Assembly (NCBI RefSeq): GCF_964355755.1
Contig: NC_092672.1
Span: 6,820,001 to 6,884,000 of the forward strand
Direction: 5' to 3'
Length of the DNA: 64,000 nucleotides
From: Antedon mediterranea
Lineage: Eukaryota > Animalia > Echinodermata
Each line of letters begins with the position of its first letter. Position 1 is the first letter of the stretch. The position numbers were made by a program, and so were the translations under genes. The notes below the pieces were generated by a model that ran no database searches, was not told where the DNA came from, and saw nothing but the letters and a program-made list of their open reading frames with translations. This document shows, piece after piece, positions 53,470-64,000 of this stretch.

Positions 53470-56400
53470 TATTATGATAGTATTAAAGGTACGGTACCTC
53501 TGCAAGATAATAACCCAAGTTTATTGATTTTTTAAATATAATATTTGACCTATAGATTTAAATCTAAAGTCTAGAAGCTAAACAACTATTTCAACATTTT
53601 CGTTAAGTAGTCGCCTAATCCCAACATTTGAAGTTAGTTTTAAGTCTAGCCTAATTTTAGGCTAATCTATGTAAAATACAAACTGATGTTTTAACTAAAC
53701 AAATTCTAGCGAGATAACGAGTCGAGAGACAGGTGAAGTAAAATGTAATTTAAAAACTTACTTTTTAAGTATGAAGAAATTCAGCTACAAAGCGAAACAA
53801 CAAGCTTATCCGGGACGAAATTGAATAATAAACACTTAACAAACCAATGTTACATTGAAGGTGTTCCATTCTCTCATTCGTCGTTAGTAAGTTGTAAACG
53901 TTGAGGGGGTAGTTAAAAAATATCTCGCTCACTTGATTTTTTTCGAGTATTGTATGAAAATATAGGTTTACATCACATACACCATTTATATTGAAAATGT
54001 CAATACATACATATTCAATTAATGTGACTTTTCTAACAGAGTTGAAACACCCTTGGAACACTAAGCTGTATTAGGTTCAAGATACTTACCGTTTATCTAA
54101 AACCCCATTTTGAGTTTTTTTGTCTCCAAACTTTTAAAAATATGAAAAATAAGTCGGATTCTAATAATTTAAGTGGTCCGGTATATCATCATGCTTTGCG
54201 CATATATTGCTACTTTCGTTTTGTTTCTGTGCAAGAGTTGATTGTGGAAGAATGAAAGAGCCATTAACTGTTTAGCGATAATGCGGAAAAAGATAATACA
54301 TCCAGTAACGAGACAACGTCAGGTTAGGCCTAATAGGGTACCATACGAGTTTTGTACATTACCAGTAGGTCATACAAAAACGTAGGTACTATGCCTACAT
54401 TGCTTTTCTCTTGTTATCAAAATTAACTAAGAACGTATAGTGATATATTATAAATGCATTATTTTTACAACATTAATGTGGCATACGAAGTGGTGTTTGA
54501 TATCACTGTTGATGTCCTGGTGAACACAACATGCCAAATCAGCTCACCACTATAACTCACGTACCACAGTGATTCAATTCCTTGTAGCACCTATAAGTAT
54601 ATCATAATAATAAGTGTACGTTTATGCAACACCCATCCATCATAGTTAAAGCCTTTCGCCGCCCTTTCCCCCCGCTATACAACTTACTTTGTGTTGGTAT
54701 GTCATGCTAACGAGCGCATTTCTCTGTACACAGGAATGCATTTGCCTTGTATGCAAATTAGCACTTATTAGCATTACTGCCATATGAATCTGTATTTAAA
54801 AAAAATGATATTTATAATAGCCATATGTTTATATCCTTTGAAATCCGCTTATCTTAATTGGATTTTCGGATTATAACACAAATTTAATTGTGAGGAACTG
54901 TTGGTTTATGATGCGGGTTCATTTTCTATCGGCTTCGATACGAAGAAAAATCAGCAACCAATCAGAGCTCAGCAATGCCAGATTCGCGCGAATAGTTTTG
55001 CATGGAAATAAACAAGCAGCTGATTGGTACGTTTGTTGCATCGTAGAAAAGAGACATGCGCATAAATGCAACAGTTTCCATTCTATTGAGTGAACTCCTT
55101 TACAGGCCTAAAGCGCTTTCAGAATTACATTAAGCCGAGGATAAGAACAATCCATTAAAAAAATTAATGAAGAACATGTCATTGTAGACAATATTTCATC
55201 TGGTTTAATGAGTTTAGAGAAACAGCAACCTACCAGTTGGATTTTTTTTGTGCTGAAAATATTTTGGTTAGACACTAGTTATATTATGGTGTGATACAAT
55301 AAATCATCATTCTCATTTCTCCTCATCTTGATCACTCACTTCATGATTTTAAGATTTTATGATTTATTTCAACAATATCAAGTAAAATGAATGATCAACA
55401 CTGGACCATTGAATCAAGTTCCACTCACTTAAATAATTAAAGTCGCAACTGAAAGAGTGATAGACAATATTAAGACGCATAGCAACGCAAGGACGTAAGT
55501 AGTTTGACCGTCCTAATTGGGAGAAACCAAGTTTGATCTGAAGTGACGCTTATTTCATTGCTAAAATTACGTGCGTTGCGCGTGCGTAGACCCATCGCCT
55601 TGTGTGCTAGTGGAAACGAAGTTTTATGAGTAGTAAAGTAAATCGTAGTAGGCCTAGAATTTATCATATATTAGATTTTCTAGATTATTCTCAGTAACCT
55701 GGTTACTCTATAACTATAACGTCATGTCGAAGGAAAAATCATTAAACAATTCTGTACATTAGGTCTACTTATTTTATTTAGAGACTTGACTTCAGATAAA
55801 CGATTTTTATACATACATTCATTACTTTGATAGAATGCGTAACTTTAACTGCTAAATAAGACAAATAATAGTACCGTTGACAAATTGCCTCGAGAATTAC
55901 ACGCGTGCAATTTTCATATGACACGGACAATTTCTTATGAAGAAGATCTTGCTGCAAACAATGAATAATTCGCATTTAACTCCAAAAATGCACAAGAGTA
56001 TTTTGCGTGTTAAGGTGAAGGATTTATATTGTGTTGTACGATTCTGTTGACATAATGCTGATGATATTTACAAAATAAAGAAACCAGTGGTACGAACCGA
56101 TAAATGTGTATAGTGTTGAGTATAGAACCCCGTATATCATACACACCAGGCTACGAGACTCTATTGCTAAATTTATGTAAAAAGTTTTAAACAAAATAAT
56201 CATTCATGCATATCAAATAATTTGTTATTAACTTATTAATTTATTTTATAAACAGGCGTTGATACTCTAATAATAGGCCTACTAATACATATATTTAACG
56301 ATAATAAGGCCATATGCCATGCAATGTGTATACATTGGATTAATTTTTACCAATGATTATTAACAATTTAACATTGTACTAAAAATTATGAGGAAAGAAC

Positions 56401-57627
56401 TCTGCATGGGGATACTGAGGTTAAATCTTAAAAAGTATTCATTTAGAAGCATATACAAAACTAAAATTATTTACAAAATTTGTATATTTTCCCTACCACT
56501 CTATACTATTATTGCAATACGAGTAGGGGGTTATCTCGGTGTATTAGTACATCACAGCCACTGATCACCAACTGGGCCCTCTGGGAGATCAGTCTTTGAC
56601 TGAAGAGGTCACCCAGTATAAAGATAAAAACAAACAAATACTCTTTTAAATTGTCACTAAGGATTAAAAATAAAATATGAACTATAATATAATTTTGCTA
56701 CATTTGAAATTAAAACTAATTCAGGCACATGGAAGGTGTAATATGTTGTAAAACGTGATTGTTCAGTAACAAAAACACATAACCTGTTAAAAATTGATAA
56801 TAACTACTAACTAATTAAAAATATTGAATTTGCAGCTCATTTCTTCATTGTTATTCCAATGGCTGCTACAGAAAAGACCATGAATGTTAATTTTGATTAA
56901 ATCTAACCTGCATCCAACATTATTCGAGGGAGGGAGTGCTAATACTGAAGTAGTATGTGTAGAGGTTCACCACAACCCAAAGCCAATATGAGACTCTGTA
57001 CAGTACAAACCGACTAGTTTCACGTTATAAATTTCATCAAAGTATCTTAAAAACCTCAAGGCATTAAATAAATTAAATCAGTATTATCGTCACCGTTCTG
57101 TTTGTCGGTTAATCCTCTTATGGAACGTGTATTGGATGTAATCGTAAACATCATTTATATCATTTCATATGTGATACTTCCCTTTGGTAATAGTCTGTCA
57201 TTGCCTTTCGTCGGTCGGTCCGTCATATTCCGTTCCAAATTTATACAGATTGCACCGTCATTAACGTTTTTGTCATTAACTAAACACGTATGGTACAAGT
57301 AAATACGGGATAATCATTTTCCTCAAATAACTGTTTGAATTAAAGCAACGCAGTTCATCATCTTCCTAATATAGGTAGTAAAATGGTCACCGTGATGGTA
57401 TATACAATGCGGCGCAGTTTAATTCGTTATACGGTTTCCATTAGGTCTGCATGCATTTAACAAAGCGGCGCAAAGTGTAAACGTAACATAAACATGTTGT
57501 TTTACCATTAGTAGCACAACAGTGTCTCTACGACATCTTCGAGATTTCTTTATCAATACTCCTCTGCTATTTAAGAATTGTGTTGGTTTTGTCATCTCTG
57601 GACAAAACTGCCGTACTCATCATTGCG

Positions 57628-60347
57628 TTACTGCGATGAAATGAGAACAATTACAATAATTGTTGCTATGATGATAATAAGCAGTGATGTAAGAAACAAA
57701 ACTCTATCTACAAAGATTGCCACTCGTCTCCAATCATCCATTATGGCATTACGCATTTTGTCTTTCTTCTTTTCTTTTAAATATGTCTGTAGTTCATTCA
57801 ATATTAATTTTAACTCTTTCGAAGAGTAAGCCATCCTGCTTAAATTGCTATTTCGAACTCGTTCTTCTACGCAGCCATTCTGTTTTGAAGAAATCGTATT
57901 TACATAATTATTCTCTGTGAATTCTTCAAGAATGTCAGCATCCAACGGTGATGTAGTATGTTTAGCTTTGTTTGAAACGTGTTGGTTGAAGTAGACACTT
58001 GAAAGCTTTGTTCTTCCGATTGCCTTTCCAACTTTCCCAAACAATAACTTTTTTAGCCATTCAGGGACTTGGCTCGTATGACCTCTGTTGTAGAGGTTCA
58101 GAACAAACGCAGTGCAAACAATACTGATACAACTCATACATATCAGCATAGTAAAATACGACTCTGAAATGAAATAGGCATACATAATTAAATATTTAAA
58201 TATGAAATTATTCATTAACAAACATATATCATCAAACATGGTTGATCTAGCGATCCCAGAGTGAGTCTGCCACACCGATGCCATAAAAAGAATAAATAAA
58301 AAATAAAACAAAAAATATAGGTAGGCCTAAATAATAAATATATATATATCATTAAACATGGTTTATCTAGCAATCACAGGTTGAGTCTGCTAAACCATTG
58401 CCACAAAAAAAAATAAGCAAAAAGTAGGCTAAATAAATAATACAAATATTAATTATAAATAAATAGATAATTATAACAAAATAAATAAAAAAAAAATAGA
58501 TAAAATAAATAGATTTAAAAAAAAATAAATAAAAATACATATTTAAAATTATTGGTTAACAAATGTATATCCTCAACTGTCACAAAATAAATAAAATATT
58601 AAAACAAATTTTATTTATAATAAATGAATTTTAAAGAAATAAAGAATAAAAACATTTAAAATAAACAAAACAAACCCAACAACAACCCATCTCCCTAAAA
58701 GTCGCGAAGAAAGGAGGATGCATCCTTGGATTGGAACTGTTGAAATTTATAAAATGGAATTATAATAGATTGGATTTCATTCGGTGGAATCCAATATGAA
58801 TTAGTTATCAACTTTAACAATTAGATTGGAAGACGCACATTCAAGGGTATTATGATTAATCTGTATACATCATAATACAAAATGTTATTATCAGTTAAAT
58901 TTAACAGAAATCGATTAAGAATCTTGCGATTTGAAAGTCTTTTAGAAACATAATAATAATAATAAGCTATGGATGAAACCAATTTGGACAATTGGATTTC
59001 AAAAGCTCTCTTGAATATAAATTATTTTTTTATAAACTTCCGATATGATTCAGTTTGAATTCATAGTATTTGCAATTTTTAGTAAAGTACAACCATAATA
59101 TATCTATTATTAATGTATCATTATTTGCATAACAAAAGGATTATACGATCATTGCTTTTACCTGTACTTTATGAATAAGAACAGATGAATAAATGGTATA
59201 TAGCCTATACATATTATGATAGTGTTTCATTTAGGCCTAATAGTTTAAACAAAAATTGACGCAGTGATTTGTTCTTAATTGGGCTTACGTATAGGACACT
59301 GCTAGTTATAATGATATGAGTAACTATTTATTTATTTATTTATTTAACTTTGTTTTACGAAGGTAGGCTCTAACACTGTACTAAACAACAGTAGTACAGA
59401 TAACCTAAAATGGCCCTCTTCAAAACAATATAAACATACGTAAAGGCCTTATACATTCAAACAACAAATTACATACACATTCAGTTAAAATTTAAAAAAA
59501 ACACAACAAAGCACAAGTTTGAACACAAGAAAAAAATAATATAACATTATTTATCATAAATCAAATTATAGTACACTTTACAAAAGTCATAATACTTTTG
59601 AATTTAAATAAAGATGAATTGGCTCGTATAATTCAATGTAATCTACTTCTTCACTCTGTTGCCAAGCGCAAATGAAAAAAGTCTATTAAAAAGGCAGTGC
59701 TTCAGATTGTTGCAGTAATAGCAATTATCATACTCATTTCATAGTTTTTAATTATAATTATAAAATAGTAGGCTATGGGATAAAAATAATAAAAAAGATT
59801 CTTACGGATTATCGGTGTACTGTCAGCAGATGGTGGCAACGCCTCGGCTATCATCTGCTGAAATAGAAGAATCGCCAAAAGCGTCGTGACACCAAATGAC
59901 ATCTTCTCTCCACTCTCTGGTGGAAGCAAGAAGACGAACATCGTTAAAGCAGATAGCAGGCAACATGGTAGAAGAATCACTTCAACGAAGAACCGCTGGC
60001 GACGTCTTAGAATCAACGTATATACAACTTTTGGGTACACCTCTGGACAGCAGTTGTACTTAGTCTGAATATATTCAACTGTAACCGTATTCAAATTCCA
60101 AATGCCATTCGGATTAAACTCTGTCTGAGTGCTTTCATCACTGGTGTCTGGGATGACGTCTTCTTGTGAACCATGATATACCCAACCGGCAAACTCCAGA
60201 GAACATTTCTGTTCATCTAGAGGAAAGTACGTCATGTCCATTTTGCAAAAACTTGTCAGAATGATTGGAGTTGCTAACACAACTTCGCCAGTGTACCCAA
60301 CTTTAAGGTTAAGTGAGGTCTTCGTTCGTTCAAATTCATCATCGACA
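57628..60347 (-). CDS. nAChR alpha-type subunit (alpha9/alpha10-like), gene 7, 3' part only (exons 5-6)
   Basis: Exon 5 60347-59806 (542 nt; CKMDMTYFPLDEQKC, FAGW, YNCCPEVY, SGEK) and exon 6 58163-57628. Exons 1-4 were not found before 64000 and presumably lie beyond the window. Confidence 0.9.
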
Positions 60348-60805
60348 CTATGAAAAGAAAGCAATTGCGATAATAGTCTACTACTTTAAATATATTTTTT
60401 ATTAGAAATATCAGTTGAATCATGAACGTTTAGAAATAATTATATTATGAATATTCAACTTTATTATCAATGAAATGCTTTGAATAAAGAAACTGAACCC
60501 GTAACTTGATAAGCGACGCTTTCAGTTTATTTTTATCCAAACAAAATGTAAACAAACAATATGATTCAATCCAATCTATACTTTGAATTTTATATTTCTA
60601 TAATTATGTATAACTGCTAACGAATTCTGACTGATTGGATAATTGAAAATTAATTAATGATATTCAAATTTAACTGCGTAAATTTGCCGAATATTTGTAA
60701 TTATTATCTTAAATCAACATCTAGCCAAATAGTTTGATGATTTCCAATAAAATATAGAATCCAAATTCTGCCATTGCATAACCTTATTTTTGTGTTTATC
60801 TGTAA

Positions 60806-63800
60806 TAGTGGAGTCTGTTAGGGATATTTTGGTTCACTTTTTTCCAAAAGCATCAAATTTGGTATACAGGTTGCCCACCCTATACAAATTAAATTTTTGA
60901 TGGGCGCCAAGCAAAATGACCCCTTGGGTCACCTAATTTGCATAATTTTAAATGGCGGACACTTTCGCTTAAACAGTCTATATCTCTGAAACTACTGGTC
61001 ATAGAGAGTTGATTTTTAGCTCAAAATGTTCAGAACATAAACATTCCTATTTACTCTAATGAAGTATTTTGGAAAAAAATGACCGGAAGTACCAGTTTTA
61101 ACCTTTGACCCATATTTTAAGGCATTGCCATATCTCAGTAAATAGTTGTCACAGACAGTTTATTTAAGTGTCAAATTGTTCAGAATATATATGTTACTAT
61201 TTAGTTTAATGAAACATTTTATCCAAAAATGACCGGAAGTACTCAGTTTTGCCTTTGACCGTTACGGTGTAATTACCAACCTTTTTATGGTTAATATATT
61301 TTGATATTCATAAAATTACTTGTCATAGAGAGTTAATGTTGGTGTCAAAATGTTCAGAACATAAACATTTCTATTTACTATAATAAAGTTTTTTCTAAAA
61401 TAATGACCAGAAATACCATATTTGACCTTTGACCTGTTTTTTCAGGCAAATTGCTATATCTCATTATTGGGTTGGCGTGGAAAGTTCATTTTGGTGTCAG
61501 ATTGTTCAGAATATATATGTTACTATTATGTTTAATAGAAGATTTTTCCAAAAAAATGTCAGGAAGTACAGTTGACCTGTTTAACTGTATATTTATATTA
61601 TTTTGCAATCCACTTTTGAGCACTTGTCGAAGATGGCTACTTGCATGTACAATTGAACGAAATATACTGAATGAAGTTGAATATATTTGTAGTGAGTCTA
61701 GAGTAACGCAAATGAGAGAAAATTGTATAGACAAAAAATACCCAATCTCATTCTCATCTAATCGAGTACTTAAATGAAGTCTTCTACACATTTAGCAATA
61801 ATGTTTACTGATGAAATCTATTCAAGTTTTGTTTTGGAAAGTTAGTGTTTCCATCACTTGTGTTTGTTTGGTTGTTACATTCAGGGTAATTGTCCTATAT
61901 TGCATTTCTTCGCTGAGTATCTTTCTTTAAAGGGCCTTCAAACTGGGGTATAACCTACTAATTAAAAGGATGGACATTTTCGGGATGCACAATATAAAAA
62001 CTAGACTACTGTTGCCATCACGAACCACAACTGAAAAATATACTTTTTCCACCAGACCTAAAGTAATCCTTGGTCCGCCAAACTTGGCAGAATTCTCGAA
62101 TTTTAATTTAAAAAAATTTGGCCATCATCTGGACACGATTTGGGTATTACAGTTTTGTTACTTATGACATTACGCCTTAGTATCATCTTTTTCATTATTG
62201 CCTTTTTACTTGATTTTTGGTTGATTAGTAAATGTTAAATTGTTGTTATATTGGAATTGGTAACAACTCTTGGCTTGTGTAACATAATGTATTGATGAGC
62301 TGTTTTAACCTCATGAACAGATTTACTTTTATTACTTTCATTTCTTTTATGTACATTTTCAAAGTATTGAATGATATGTCCTTTCTCATATCGAGTATTT
62401 GGAAAATAATGGCTTATTCAAACTTCTTTAGCAATCCTTGAACAGTCTGGTTGGTTCAGTCACCATAAGCACATGTATGGTAATTGTAATATTTTCATTG
62501 TTCTCGTAAAGACGAAATTCCCCATCATGTTCTGAGCTTGAGTATGATATTGTTTCTTAGAAATGAGGCTAAACCTTTTTGTTGATTTTTGCACAACATT
62601 TCCATTCATAAAATTTGCATTGTTCACATAGTTCATTTTAAGTTTGAAAAAAGGGCAATATATGAAAAAGAGGATACTAGAGCGTAACATGTCATTAGTA
62701 ACAAAACTGTTCCTATTCATCCAATCTCTTCTAGATGATTACTGTATATGGTCGATTTCTTTTTTTTTTTTAATTTGAAAATCTTTGAGAACCACAAAGC
62801 TGGACGGTCCTTGGATGACTTAGGTCTGGAGGACAGAAATCTTCGGTGTCTTTTCCCCATTCAGTGGTTGTTCGTGTTATGGCAACAAAGAGAAATGTAG
62901 CAACATGAAATTGTTATGCAACAGCAAACACAAGTGACGGAAACACTAACTTTCCAAAACAAAACTTTTACTGGATTTCATCAGTAGGCCTACACATTAT
63001 TGCTAAATATGTGGAAGACTTCATTTAAGTACTCGATTAGATGAGATTGGGTATTTTTTGTATATACAATTTTCTCATTTCTCATTTACATTACTCTAGA
63101 CTCACTACAAATAGGACAATCTATTCAACTTTGTTCAGTATACTTTGTTCAATTGCACATGCAAGCAGCCATCTTCGACAAGTGCTCAAAAGTGGGTTGC
63201 AAAATAATATCATAAATATACAATTAACTATACAATTAACTGAACAAATTTATAAATTTTATGTATTTAACAAGTCAATAACTATACTTCCTGACATTTT
63301 TTTGAAAAGTCTTCTATTAAGCAGAATAGAAACATATATATTCTGAACAATCTGACACCAAAATGAACTTTCCACTCCAACCCAATAATGAGATATGGCA
63401 ATTTGCCTGAAAAAACAGGTCAAAGGTCAAATATGGTATTTCTGGTCATTATTTGAGAAAAAACTTTATTATAGTAAATAGAAATGTTTATGTTCTGAAC
63501 ATTTTGACACCAACATTAACTCTCTATGACAAGTAGTTTTATGGATATCAAAATATATTAACCGTAACAAGGCTGGTAATTACATCGTAACGGTCAAAGG
63601 CAAAACTGAGTACTTCCGGTCATTTTTGGATAAAATGTTTCATTAAATTAAATAGTAACATATATATTCTGAACAATTTGACACTTAAATAAACTGTCTG
63701 TGACAACTATTTACTGAGATATGGCAATGCCTTAAAATATGGGTCAAAGGTTAAAACTGGTACTTCCGGTCATTCTTTTAAAAAAAACTTCATTAGAGTA

Positions 63801-64000
63801 AATAGGAATGTTTATGTTCTGAACATATTGGGCTAAAAATTAACTCTCTATGACCAGTATTTTTAGAGATATAGACTGTTTAAGCGAAAATGTCCGCCAT
63901 TTTAAATTATGCAAATTAGGTGACCCAAGGGGTCATTTTGCCTGGCGCCCATCAAAAATTGAATTTGTATAGGGTGGGCAACCTGTATACCAAATTTGGT
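60806..64000. mobile_element. Foldback DNA transposon derivative with >1 kb inverted arms (possibly Academ-like), right end outside window
   Basis: ~60855-61870 is the near-exact reverse complement of ~62922-64000. Each arm holds about four ~150-170 bp subrepeats (CAAAATGTTCAGAA...GACCGGAAGTAC). The ~1.05 kb spacer has no intact ORF. The left terminus TAGTGGAGTC at 60806 and the family assignment are tentative. Confidence 0.8.

Noticed and set aside
58230-59160. Possible LINE 3' remnant and short local duplication in intron 5 of gene 7
   Set aside because: Too degenerate and AT-rich to assign boundaries or family by eye.
6239-60068. Plus-strand ORFs overlapping nAChR exons (e.g. 6239-6637, 19161-19406, 45122-45391, 57578-57829)
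   Set aside because: Antisense shadows of real minus-strand exons with no independent protein features.
61451-63346. ORFs in the foldback arms and spacer as a transposase gene
   Set aside because: Short, stop-interrupted and mirrored by the inverted repeat; no convincing catalytic motif was recognised.

Overview
AT-rich, intron-containing metazoan DNA. It is probably a marine invertebrate deuterostome such as an echinoderm, but that is inferred from repeat style and is not demonstrable here. The window is a head-to-tail minus-strand cluster of seven Cys-loop nicotinic acetylcholine receptor alpha-type genes resembling alpha9/alpha10, all with the same 6-exon layout (49-55, 146-152, 45, 110, 542 nt, then a last exon). 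Five are complete (6235-16518, 19130-23103, 25159-28850, 32791-36471, 45106-53469), one is a pseudogene (38857-41613) and one runs off the window end (57628-60347 visible). Genes 2-5 are a recent ~6-7.6 kb tandem amplification. The paralogs keep the vicinal Cys-Cys and a cation-type pore but have remodelled the agonist pocket: Y198F in genes 2-5, Y93H in genes 3-4, variable residues around loop-B Trp, and a K145E/D200K-or-R charge swap in genes 2-7. This makes them candidates for a lineage-specific receptor family with altered ligands, possibly chemosensory. Introns and spacers hold a Tx1/L1 LINE with TSD, Kolobok-like and Harbinger-like MITEs, Helitron/Helentron-like elements, a foldback element with >1 kb arms, minisatellites and a tandem tRNA-Asp(ATC)-like repeat. 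Paralog comparison also shows many TA-anchored micro-insertions that resemble Tc1/mariner excision footprints.
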